Source: Candidatus Aenigmatarchaeota archaeon (GTDB lineage Archaea; EX4484-52). From it: a stretch of DNA of 25,289 bases. Location of the stretch: contig JAGLPV010000034.1 in assembly GCA_023137195.1 (NCBI GenBank), forward strand, positions 1 to 25,289, given 5' to 3'. A model generated the notes under the pieces. That model searched no databases. It saw nothing but the letters and a program-made list of their open reading frames with translations, and was not told where the DNA came from. The position numbers were made by a program, and so were the translations under genes. Positions 16,400 through 25,190 of the stretch are shown here, in pieces. Numbering within the stretch: position 1 is the first letter of the stretch; each line of letters opens with the position of its first letter.

Positions 16400-16454
16400 G
16401 AAAATTTAGAGAAACACAAAAAGAGGTAATAGTTTTGACAATACCATAATTACA

Positions 16455-16464
16455 TTTTTATAAT
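16455..16464 (+). promoter_or_regulatory. TATA-like box of ilvD
   Basis: TTTTTATAAT 18 nt before the ATG; no SD; the same 10-mer precedes ilvE. Confidence 0.5.
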
Positions 16465-16482
16465 TATTATCCAAATAAAAAT

Positions 16483-18108
16483 ATGAAATCAGACATCTTA
16501 AAAAACAGCATAGAAACCCTTCCTCACAGAGCACTGCTGATGAGTGCGGGATTAAAAAAAGAAGACTTTTCAAAACCATTTATTGGTGTCGCAAACAGCT
16601 ATAACGACATAATCCCCGGGCATATTCATTTAAATGAATTAACCAAGGAAGTTAAACGCGGAATCAGGGATGCCGGCGGAGTTCCATTAGAATGGGGTGT
16701 CCCGGGCGTCTGCGACGGCATTGCAATGCATGTTGAAATGAGATTATCCCTTCCATCGCGAGACCACATTGCCGATAATATAGAAATAATGACATTAAGC
16801 CATTCCCTTGACGGATGGGTTGGAGTCACAAACTGCGATAAAATTACACCAGGAATGCTCATGGCAGCAGGACGCCTGGATTTGCCTTCGATAATCCTTA
16901 CTGGTGGACCAATGAAAGCAAATACTGGAGCTGACGGGAAGAAACACCACCCTATTGAAGGGTTTGGTATTGCCGGTCAGGTTCTGGGCGGAAAAATGTC
17001 AGAAGAAGAGGCAAACAAAATGCTTGATTGTATGGTTTGCGGCGCCGGATCATGCGTCGGTCTGTTTACTGCAAACACAATGGCAACAGTGACAGAGGTA
17101 TTGGGAATGTCTTTGACCGGCTGTTCAACAACACTTGCCATAGACCCGTTAAAGAAAAAGCAGGCATATGAGAATGGGGAAAAAATAGTAGAACTTGTAA
17201 AAAGCAATACAACTCCTTCTTCAATTATGACAAAGCAGGCTTTTGAAAATGCAATTATGGTCGATATGACGATGGGTGGAAGCACAAATGCAGTATTGCA
17301 TATCATTGCAATCGCAAAAGAATTGGGCATAGAAATTTCAACAGATTTGTTCGATGAAATTTCAAAGAATGCTCCAAATCTCTGCCATATAATCCCAGCA
17401 GGACCTTATGAAATGTCAGATATTGACAGGGCGGGTGGCGTTCCGGCAGTATTAAACAGGCTCAAAGATATGCTAAAAGACAGCCCGACAGTAAATTCAA
17501 AATCAATAAAGCAAATCGCAGAAGAGGGTCGCGTATCAGATGATGAAATAATAAGACCTTTAGACAATCCATATTTTAAAGAAGGAGGCATCGCAGTCCT
17601 GAAAGGAAATATTGCAGAAAGCTCTGTAATAAAACAAACAGCAGTATCACAGGATATGATGAAACATTCGGGACCTGCAAAGGTATATTGCACAGAAGAT
17701 GATTTGCTCCATGCAATAAGCGCAAAAAAAATCGCAGAGGGAGATGTTGTTGTTCTGTCTTTCCAGGGACCTTGCGGAGCACCCGGAATGCCCGAAATGC
17801 TCACCCCCACAGATGCAATCAAGGGAGCGGGATTCAAAAAAGTCGCCTTAATAACAGACGGAAGATTTTCGGGCGGAACAAGCGGACCATGCATCGGACA
17901 CATTGAGCCAGAAGCATATCTTGGCGGAAATATTGGTGCAATAAAAGATGGAGATATAATTGAAATAGACATCCCCAATAGGACGCTTGAAGTAAAATTG
18001 ACAGATGAACAAATAAAAGCAAGATTAAGTGAAGTAAAAACTCCGGAAAGAAAATTAAGCCCTTTTTTGAAAAAATACAGGGAAAACAATACACGAAAAA
18101 AAGAGTAA
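16483..18108 (+). CDS. ilvD: Dihydroxy-acid dehydratase
   Basis: KPFIGVANS, PGHIHL, VCDGIAM, CDKITPG, GSCVGLFTANTM, GGSTNAVLH, GP.G.PGMPEML and LITDGRFSG motifs. Confidence 0.97.
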   Translation: MKSDILKNSIETLPHRALLMSAGLKKEDFSKPFIGVANSYNDIIPGHIHLNELTKEVKRGIRDAGGVPLEWGVPGVCDGIAMHVEMRLSLPSRDHIADNIEIMTLSHSLDGWVGVTNCDKITPGMLMAAGRLDLPSIILTGGPMKANTGADGKKHHPIEGFGIAGQVLGGKMSEEEANKMLDCMVCGAGSCVGLFTANTMATVTEVLGMSLTGCSTTLAIDPLKKKQAYENGEKIVELVKSNTTPSSIMTKQAFENAIMVDMTMGGSTNAVLHIIAIAKELGIEISTDLFDEISKNAPNLCHIIPAGPYEMSDIDRAGGVPAVLNRLKDMLKDSPTVNSKSIKQIAEEGRVSDDEIIRPLDNPYFKEGGIAVLKGNIAESSVIKQTAVSQDMMKHSGPAKVYCTEDDLLHAISAKKIAEGDVVVLSFQGPCGAPGMPEMLTPTDAIKGAGFKKVALITDGRFSGGTSGPCIGHIEPEAYLGGNIGAIKDGDIIEIDIPNRTLEVKLTDEQIKARLSEVKTPERKLSPFLKKYRENNTRKKE

Positions 18109-18110
18109 TG

Positions 18111-18120
18111 TTTTTATAAT
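18111..18120 (+). promoter_or_regulatory. TATA-like box of ilvE
   Basis: TTTTTATAAT 19 nt before the ATG; no SD. Confidence 0.5.
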
Positions 18121-18139
18121 ATATTCAATAAAAAAGAAT

Positions 18140-19042
18140 ATGGAAAAACCAAAATCCGATTTTGTCTGGATGAATGGGAAATTCATAAAATGGCAGGACT
18201 CAAATGTCCATATAACAACACACGCACTGCATTACGGCTCAAGTATATTTGAAGGCATAAGATGCTACAATACAAAAAATGGTTCGGCAGTATTTAAATT
18301 AAAAGAGCATGTAAAACGATTTTTCGAGTCCGCAAAAATATACCGGATGGAAATTCCATACAGCAAAGAAGAAATCCAAAAAGCAATAACCGAGACTATT
18401 AAAAAAAACAACTTGAAAGAATGCTATATCCGTCCATTGGCATACAAAAATGATGAAGGAATGGGACTGAATCCCTTGAACATATGTGTTGATGTTGCAA
18501 TAATGGTGTGGTACTGGGGATCATACCTCGGTGACGGTGCAATTGACGTAAAAGTTTCCTCATGGAACCGGATGGCTCCAAATACATTTCCTGCGCTTGC
18601 GAAGGCAGGAGGTAATTATATAAATTCCCAGCTGGCAAAAATGGATGCAGTAATTAATGGTTATGATGAAGCAATAATGCTGAATACAAATGGTTTTGTA
18701 ACTGAAGGGAGCGGCGAAAACTTATTTTTAATAAAAGACGGCACAATCTACACACCTGCTCTTTCAGATTCCGTCCTTAAAGGAATAACAAGAGCTTCTG
18801 TTATGTGTATTGCAAAAGAGATGGGATACATTCTAAAAGAAGAAACAATCCCGCGCGAGATGTTATACATCGCAGATGAATTATTTTTCACAGGTACAGC
18901 CGCAGAAATTGCTCCAATAAAAAGCGTAGATAAAATAAAAATTGGAAACGGCAAAACCGGACCTGTAACGCAAAAGATAAAAGACAAATTCCTTTCTATA
19001 TTAAAGACAGGGGAACCAAAAGAATGGTTTGGTTTTGTTTGA
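18140..19042 (+). CDS. ilvE: Branched-chain amino acid aminotransferase
   Basis: HALHYG..IFEGIRCY, YIRPL, AKAGGNYINS, EGSGENLF, LKGITR and FFTGTAAEIAPI motifs; follows ilvD. Confidence 0.95.
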   Translation: MEKPKSDFVWMNGKFIKWQDSNVHITTHALHYGSSIFEGIRCYNTKNGSAVFKLKEHVKRFFESAKIYRMEIPYSKEEIQKAITETIKKNNLKECYIRPLAYKNDEGMGLNPLNICVDVAIMVWYWGSYLGDGAIDVKVSSWNRMAPNTFPALAKAGGNYINSQLAKMDAVINGYDEAIMLNTNGFVTEGSGENLFLIKDGTIYTPALSDSVLKGITRASVMCIAKEMGYILKEETIPREMLYIADELFFTGTAAEIAPIKSVDKIKIGNGKTGPVTQKIKDKFLSILKTGEPKEWFGFV

Positions 19043-19046
19043 ATCA

Positions 19047-19116
19047 AACATTATTTTTTTCTTCGTTTGTACCTAAACCCAAAACCCTTTAATTCAAGTG
19101 CCACTGCCTGTTTTTG
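19047..19116 (-). repeat. Displaced duplicate of the ecfT 3' end (att-like direct repeat of 20200-20269)
   Basis: 64/70 nt identical to 20200-20269. It encodes QKQAVALELKGFGFRYKRRKK* versus QKQAVALELKGFGFRHKRRKK* in ecfT. Confidence 0.92.
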
Positions 19117-19259
19117 AGTAACAAAAAACTCAAAGAGTAAAATTCGAGTTCTATGTATTTGATTGTAGGGCGTCTTTATGTCTGCAGGACAGAATGTCTG
19201 AAAGTTCTATCAAATAAGCGAATACGACACATAAAGAAAAATAATCAATGAGCTCACAA

Positions 19260-19478
19260 TCAAAAATCAATTCTTTTTTTACCTATTATCCTAAGTCTAA
19301 TCATTAGATGTATAACGAAGATAACAAATGCTCCTCCTAAGATAGATTCTGGTTTAATCACATCATAATGTACTAAAATCAGCAATATTAATGTTATAAT
19401 GGCACACGCGCCCAATAGCCATTTTTTCCATGGCTTTAATCTAAACCATACTTCTTTTAAGTTATTTATAATATCCAT
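19260..19478 (-). CDS. Small two-TM membrane protein, 72 aa
   Basis: Two hydrophobic helices flanked by basic residues; divergent from the phosphoesterase across a TATA-rich 44-bp spacer. Confidence 0.65.
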   Translation of the reverse strand: MDIINNLKEVWFRLKPWKKWLLGACAIITLILLILVHYDVIKPESILGGAFVIFVIHLMIRLRIIGKKRIDF

Positions 19479-19522
19479 AATATTACTTTTTATATAATTA
19501 TAGGAAGTTATTCTATATATTT

Positions 19523-20089
19523 ATGAGACCAAAAACATTTATCACGTCGGATTTGCATTTAGACCATACAAACATAATCAAATATTGCAAAAGACCATTT
19601 CTAAATGCCAAAGATATGAATAAAACTCTTATTGATAATTGGAATAATACAATAAGCAATAAAGATATTGTTTATTTCTTAGGTGATTTAGCTTATGGCA
19701 TAGGAAGCAAGTCAACAGATTATTGGTTGAAACAATTAAATGGAAAAATAATATTCATAAAAGGAAATCACGATAAATCAAATAAAATTAAATTCCATGA
19801 AACATACCTATTAAACTATAGAGGATATAAATTCTTTTTATCTCATATGCCGGTACAAGTTCCAAAAGATTCAGGGCATCAATCCACACTTGAATATTTC
19901 CCAAGTAATGAACCAGAGCAATTTGAAAAAAATTGTAATATATGGGCAATTTACGGACATCATCACAATAACAACTTGAAAAAACATCCATTTATTGATA
20001 AGAAGAATAGACGAATAAATGTATCTACTGAATTAACAAATTTTCGCCCCATTGATATGGATGACTTAATCAAGAAGATAGAAGAATAA
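19523..20089 (+). CDS. Calcineurin-like metallophosphoesterase
   Basis: All five metal-binding motifs are present: SDLH, LGD, KGNHD, SH.P and GHHH. Confidence 0.9.
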   Translation: MRPKTFITSDLHLDHTNIIKYCKRPFLNAKDMNKTLIDNWNNTISNKDIVYFLGDLAYGIGSKSTDYWLKQLNGKIIFIKGNHDKSNKIKFHETYLLNYRGYKFFLSHMPVQVPKDSGHQSTLEYFPSNEPEQFEKNCNIWAIYGHHHNNNLKKHPFIDKKNRRINVSTELTNFRPIDMDDLIKKIEE

Positions 20090-20203
20090 TCCAAGTTTTT
20101 TCATCCATTATAACTCATTTTTCGAAGAAAAAGGCAATATGTCCGAATGACTTCAAATCCTCTGTCTAAAAAAGGAACTAAATTTTATTGAAATTAATTA
20201 ACA

Positions 20204-20905
20204 TCATTTTTTCCTTCGTTTATGCCTAAACCCGAAACCCTTTAATTCAAGTGCCACTGCTTGTTTTTGTGCACGCTCAAGAGAAATAGTAAACAAAGGA
20301 ATCAACAGGTATGCATATCCTTTAATCTTGTCCTTAATTTTTCCCTGGCGAATGGAAAAACCCCTTGCCTTTTGAGCATCAAGAATCTGATCAAGGTCAT
20401 AGAATATCAGCGTAATTGAACGATTTACAAAGATAAACAGAAAAATAACACTCTCCGGAATCCTATACCCAAATATATTTATTCCCGACAGCCGCTTTAC
20501 CAGTTTCAGTGGATTGGTCGTAATAATAAAGAGCGTAGAGGAGCAAAGAAGGCAGAATAGTCTTGAACCAATAAACACCCCCATCTTAAATCCTTCCATC
20601 GAGATTTGCGGATTGAAAAAGAAAAGAGACATACTCTCCCCCGTAAACGACCGGTAGAAAAACAAGTGGAATGCAAGGATAAACGGAAAAACAAAAATAA
20701 AAAAGAAACGAATCTGCTGCATGAATCTTTTATGCAATCCACAGTATATTGCCGTAGCATACAAAAGAACAACAATCACTAGCAACTGTGGGAGATTGGC
20801 ATAAAGACATACAATCCAGAAAATTACCAGTAGAAATATCTTGATAAGAGGATCTATTTTATAGAGAAATCCATTTCCCTCTTCATATTCAAATATGTTT
20901 TTCAT
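20204..20905 (-). CDS. ecfT: ECF transporter transmembrane T component
   Basis: IDPLIK at the N-terminus, TM helices, TTNP..L, AQKARG and ALELKGF coupling motifs. Confidence 0.9.
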   Translation of the reverse strand: MKNIFEYEEGNGFLYKIDPLIKIFLLVIFWIVCLYANLPQLLVIVVLLYATAIYCGLHKRFMQQIRFFFIFVFPFILAFHLFFYRSFTGESMSLFFFNPQISMEGFKMGVFIGSRLFCLLCSSTLFIITTNPLKLVKRLSGINIFGYRIPESVIFLFIFVNRSITLIFYDLDQILDAQKARGFSIRQGKIKDKIKGYAYLLIPLFTISLERAQKQAVALELKGFGFRHKRRKK

Positions 20906-22308
20906 TGTTCTGTCAGCCTCCTGTTTTTTATGACAAATGTCCTGTCAACAAGTGATTTATAATAGCCCGGGCGATGAGATATTACAATAATTGTCTTACC
21001 TCTTTTCTTCAGGTCTGCAAGATATTCAATAAGTTGCATCTTCCCATCAAAATCCAGATATGTTAAAGGTTCATCTAAAATAACAATCTCTGGCTCAGAA
21101 ACAAGCACAGAGGCAAGAGTCACCCTGTGTTTTTCCCCTGCCGAAAGAGCCTGTGGACTTTTGTTGCGATATTTTTCCAGATCAAAAAAAGAAAGCATTT
21201 CATCAATCTTCTTCCCTGAATTTTCTTTTTTTACCAAATCGAGGGTTAATTGCAGTTCTTCCTCGACAGAATTTTTAAATATCTGGTGATCAGGATTCTG
21301 GAATATAAAGCCCGCCTGTTTTACAATATCTTGTTGGGAATATTTTTCCAGGGCAGTTCCATTCATCTTTATTTCTCCTGCCTGTATATCCAGCAGTTTT
21401 ATCACATGCTTTACAAGCGTTGTTTTACCACTTCCGTTACCACCCAGAAGCAAAATAAATTCATTATTTTTTATAGAGGCATTTATATTTTCCAGTACAG
21501 GGGTTTGTGTTTTATAATTAAGATTTTTTATAGATATTTTTGTTTTTTCTTCAGCGCTTTTGCATGTCTTTATAGTATTCCATTGATATTTTTCCGGCTC
21601 TATGCCAAGGGCACCAATAGAACTTTTGCTAAGAAATGTCATGTCTGAAGTGTCTTCGACTATTTCTCCATGTCTCATAACAACAAAACGCGAGCAATGT
21701 TTTGCAAAGCAAGTATCGTGAGTTATTAGGATAATGGTTTTACCTTCTTTATTGAGCTTCTCAAGAGTTTTTGCGAGTTGTTCTTTTTCCCTTCTGTCCA
21801 ACTGTGATGTCGGCTCATCAAGTATTAATATATCCGGGTTTACACACAGGATTGAAGTAAGAATCGCCTTTTGTTTTTCGCCTTCAGACAAGCTGAATAA
21901 TTTTTTTTTAAGAAGATAAGAAAAAGTCTCATCTGAGAATAGTTCTGCTATTTTCTCATCTGCCGACAGACCGAAATTCTCCATTTGAAACCTGATTTCT
22001 TCTTCAATTGTCGGCAAAAAAAGCTGGGATTCGTAATCCTGCAGAAGAACCCCGACATCCCTTGTAATATCATGAATTGCGTGATGCAATATATTTTTTT
22101 TGTTAACAAGAACCTTTCCTTTATATTTCCCGTGAAAAAAATGAGGAATGATTCCGCACATGCATAGTGCCAGTGTGGTCTTGCCAGAACCATTTGGACC
22201 CATAAGAGCAATAAATTCACCTCTGCCAATATCCAGATTTATGTTCTTCAAAACTGGGTTTTTTGATTCAGAAAAAGAAAAGAAAAGATTTTCAATTCTC
22301 AGGACCAT
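20902..22308 (-). CDS. ECF transporter fused double ATPase (A-A')
   Basis: Two ABC domains: GPNGSGKTT/LSEGE/ILDEPT and GGNGSGKTT/FQNPD/LSAGE/ILDEP. Confidence 0.92.
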   Translation of the reverse strand: MVLRIENLFFSFSESKNPVLKNINLDIGRGEFIALMGPNGSGKTTLALCMCGIIPHFFHGKYKGKVLVNKKNILHHAIHDITRDVGVLLQDYESQLFLPTIEEEIRFQMENFGLSADEKIAELFSDETFSYLLKKKLFSLSEGEKQKAILTSILCVNPDILILDEPTSQLDRREKEQLAKTLEKLNKEGKTIILITHDTCFAKHCSRFVVMRHGEIVEDTSDMTFLSKSSIGALGIEPEKYQWNTIKTCKSAEEKTKISIKNLNYKTQTPVLENINASIKNNEFILLLGGNGSGKTTLVKHVIKLLDIQAGEIKMNGTALEKYSQQDIVKQAGFIFQNPDHQIFKNSVEEELQLTLDLVKKENSGKKIDEMLSFFDLEKYRNKSPQALSAGEKHRVTLASVLVSEPEIVILDEPLTYLDFDGKMQLIEYLADLKKRGKTIIVISHRPGYYKSLVDRTFVIKNRRLTEQ

Positions 22309-22309
22309 G

Positions 22310-23095
22310 TCATTCCCTGTGGATTAACCATCGAAGCTTCGGGTTTTTATCTATGGCAATAACAAGAGGCACTGTGACAAGTGTTGAAATAAAAGCCACT
22401 ATTATCCTTTCCCACGCTGCTGCAAATGCAAAAGGAATATACATGTCGCCGACAGCTTTTGCAGTCATTCCAAGAATGTTGTAGCCATATAGTCCAAACA
22501 TAAGATTGCCCATCATTGCATCAATTTCCAGCCCGATGAAAGATATAAGAAAGATTGTAGGAAAGAGATATTTTGTGTTGAGTTCTTCACAGAATGTTTT
22601 TCTGACAAGAGATACTGCCGGGATTACCAGCAATATGGCGATATATTTATCCCACAGCGCCCACATAGGGACATGGATATTTCCCGGGGCAAGGAAAAAT
22701 AATCCGAGGAGAATAAGACCGTACATTGCAGAAATAAGTGCTTTTCTGTACATCAGCATTGTTATGAAAAATGCACCTGATGCCATGGTCAGGAATCCTG
22801 CCTGTAAGAATAAACTGCTGGGTTTGTACATGTTGTAAATAAAACTGCCCATTGTAACGCCAAAAGCACCCAAAAAACCAGTTGAACCTGCTGTTGCCGC
22901 AATTGTTTCTATAACAGCAGTAAGGTTCACAAAACCTATGTTTGGCAGTGGGGCTAAAGCAAGAACAATAGTTATTGCAGCAAAGACGCCAATCATTGTA
23001 ATGGCAAGTGTTTTTGGGATGGGCGGAGCATCTTCATTTTCATTATTGTAATTAAAATCTGACTTTTTATATGACTCTTTTTTTGATTTTACCAT
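22310..23095 (-). CDS. Probable ECF transporter S (substrate-binding) component
   Basis: Multi-TM protein with an N-terminal AxxxA-like helix (IGVFAAITIVL), directly upstream of the ECF A-A' and T genes. The start is likely ATG 23095 rather than TTG 23146. Confidence 0.75.
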   Translation of the reverse strand: MVKSKKESYKKSDFNYNNENEDAPPIPKTLAITMIGVFAAITIVLALAPLPNIGFVNLTAVIETIAATAGSTGFLGAFGVTMGSFIYNMYKPSSLFLQAGFLTMASGAFFITMLMYRKALISAMYGLILLGLFFLAPGNIHVPMWALWDKYIAILLVIPAVSLVRKTFCEELNTKYLFPTIFLISFIGLEIDAMMGNLMFGLYGYNILGMTAKAVGDMYIPFAFAAAWERIIVAFISTLVTVPLVIAIDKNPKLRWLIHRE

Positions 23096-23183
23096 AATCT
23101 TGCTCTTTGGATTTTTCCTGTTTTGTTTTTCATTATATATTATCAATATTATAGATTCAAGGTATATAAATATTTTGTTTTGC

Positions 23184-24155
23184 CTATCTGATTTCGTCTC
23201 TTACTTCATCTGCCGCAAGGCACATATTCTTTAATTTAGCAAAGGCAATATCAGAGGGAAGCAGTTTAACGCCACAGTCCGGGTCAACATACACTTTTTT
23301 CGGCTCGACAATCTCAAATGCCCTGCGGATATTTTTCTTTATCTCTTCAACATTTTCCACGCGCCGTGTATGGACATCAAGACATCCGAAGCCGATATCT
23401 TTTGTATAGTCGTACTTTTTGAAAACTTCAACATCACAGAAATTTTTGTTTGCAAATTCAAAGTCGAACTGGTCTGTATTGAATTCCAGGATGTCAGGAT
23501 ATATCTTAGAATAATCCCCGTAGCATATATGTATCCCTGTGTATGCCTTGATTCCACGCGTTGCAATCTCTATTGAATTTTTCGCGATTTCCAATTCTTC
23601 CGGGTGCGTAGGGATTGCCGGGTCATCTATCTGGATATAATCTGCCCCTGCCCTGACAAGTGCTTTTAGTTCCTTGTTTATGACTTCAGCAAGCTCGTAT
23701 ATCGCCTCGTCTTTTTTGGAATAAAATTCATTAAAGCTCCAGTCAACAATTGTATATGGTCCTGTTATCGGGACTTTTATGCCTTTGCTTGTAATAGTTT
23801 TGAGGTATTTGTACTCAGGTATTGTCAACTCATCCCTGTATTTGAGTTTATCTACTATCGCGGGTTTTCTATAGTAGTTGTTGCCCCACACCCTAACATC
23901 GCCGTAGATTTTAAAGCCATCTATATGATCTGCAAAATATGATGTCATCTCATCTCGCCTCATCTCGCCGTCCCAGAGGATATCGATCCCTGCTAATTCC
24001 TGTTCTTTTACAACAGTTTTTATGGAATCCGTATAGGACTGTTCCAGGACTTTGTCCGAAACTCCGCCGTATTTATGATCTTTTATCATTTTATTGAGCC
24101 ATTTTGGTTTTGGATAACTGCCGACAATGGTTGTTGGTAATAGTTTTTTAGTCAT
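23184..24155 (-). CDS. metE: Cobalamin-independent methionine synthase, catalytic half (split MetE2)
   Basis: PTTIVGSYP, DGE.RR, TGPYTI, IQIDDPA and Zn ligands HIC, E(FAN) and PDCG. The ATG at 24155 follows a GAGGTGA SD. Confidence 0.9.
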   Translation of the reverse strand: MTKKLLPTTIVGSYPKPKWLNKMIKDHKYGGVSDKVLEQSYTDSIKTVVKEQELAGIDILWDGEMRRDEMTSYFADHIDGFKIYGDVRVWGNNYYRKPAIVDKLKYRDELTIPEYKYLKTITSKGIKVPITGPYTIVDWSFNEFYSKKDEAIYELAEVINKELKALVRAGADYIQIDDPAIPTHPEELEIAKNSIEIATRGIKAYTGIHICYGDYSKIYPDILEFNTDQFDFEFANKNFCDVEVFKKYDYTKDIGFGCLDVHTRRVENVEEIKKNIRRAFEIVEPKKVYVDPDCGVKLLPSDIAFAKLKNMCLAADEVRDEIR

Positions 24156-25131
24156 ATTTTTCACCTCTAAAACAATCACACATATTCATTAATTTTTCAG
24201 ATGCCTTAACATAAGGCAGTAGTTCAAGCCCTGTATTTGGAGATAAAAAAAACGTATCTGCATCACAGCAATCCAGAATATTGTTGATTTTGTTTTTTAC
24301 ATCCTCTCTTTTCTCCATCTTTGTTGTCCTTCCGTCGACGATTCCCGCCTGAATTTCTTTTTTTGTTTTATATTCTTTCAATAATTCCAGATTTTTTTCA
24401 TATCCTTCGACAAAATCAAGACCTATGACATCTACATTAAAATCAAGGATTTCCGGGAATATATTGGAAGCGTCCCCATAATAAGTGGCAAGGAAAAATT
24501 TTGCATCGACGCCACGGACAATTTTTTTAATTGCTTCTTTTGCAATCTCCAAATCATTTTTGTCTGCCTGAAGCAAGGACGGTTCATCGAGTTGAATGTA
24601 TTTTGCTCCTTTTTTCACAAGACTCTTTGCTTCTCCATTAATAATACTGGCAATGTCCATTACAACTTCTTCTTTATTGTTGTAGAATTCATTTTTTGAA
24701 AGTTCTGCAATGCTGTAACAGGAAAGCACGGCTTTTGTTTGAGGCTGTGTTTTATATGCGAGTTCAAATTCATCAGAAATCATGTTGTCTTTTAGTTCCA
24801 ATTTGGATGCTACAACAGGTACGCGATAATATGCGTTATTGTCGAAATATCTTGTCAGACCGGTCATCTTAAATCCTTCTATTTTCGTGCACAGATGGCA
24901 CAAAAAATCCTGCCATGTCAGTTGACCGTCAGCGAACAACTCAATGCCTGCTTTTTTTTGTTCATCCAGAATATCGTTTATTGCTCTTTGTTCTATTTCT
25001 TCGCTTATCTCTTTTAGGTTTTCCTTCTGGGAGCCTTCAAGTTTTTTGAGGTATTCTGCAAACCACGGCGGACGTGGATAGCCGCCCATTATTGTTGGAA
25101 TAATTGTTTTTTCTCTATATTTATGTGGCAT
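24148..25131 (-). CDS. Methionine synthase N-terminal-like half (split MetE1, non-catalytic)
   Basis: GGYPR, RYFDNNAYY (compare KWFDTNYHY), IQLDEP, TYYGD, GLDFV and GIVDGR motifs; no Zn ligands; overlaps metE2. Confidence 0.85.
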   Translation of the reverse strand: MPHKYREKTIIPTIMGGYPRPPWFAEYLKKLEGSQKENLKEISEEIEQRAINDILDEQKKAGIELFADGQLTWQDFLCHLCTKIEGFKMTGLTRYFDNNAYYRVPVVASKLELKDNMISDEFELAYKTQPQTKAVLSCYSIAELSKNEFYNNKEEVVMDIASIINGEAKSLVKKGAKYIQLDEPSLLQADKNDLEIAKEAIKKIVRGVDAKFFLATYYGDASNIFPEILDFNVDVIGLDFVEGYEKNLELLKEYKTKKEIQAGIVDGRTTKMEKREDVKNKINNILDCCDADTFFLSPNTGLELLPYVKASEKLMNMCDCFRGEKYD

Positions 25132-25190
25132 AATATTTACACTTATTTATTGAATCTCTATATTAAAATATTAAATATATTAACATAAAA

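Larger units (their letters stand above)
19047..20269. mobile_element. About 1.1-kb genomic islet integrated at the ecfT 3' end (no integrase inside)
   Basis: Bounded by 70-bp direct repeats of a gene 3' end; carries visibly AT-rich two-gene cargo unrelated to the flanking genes. Confidence 0.6.

Noticed and set aside
20101-20184. Minus-strand NLVPFLDRGFEVIRTY... resembling the DRGF motif of DDE transposases
   Set aside because: Under 30 codons, with no start and no other transposase motif.
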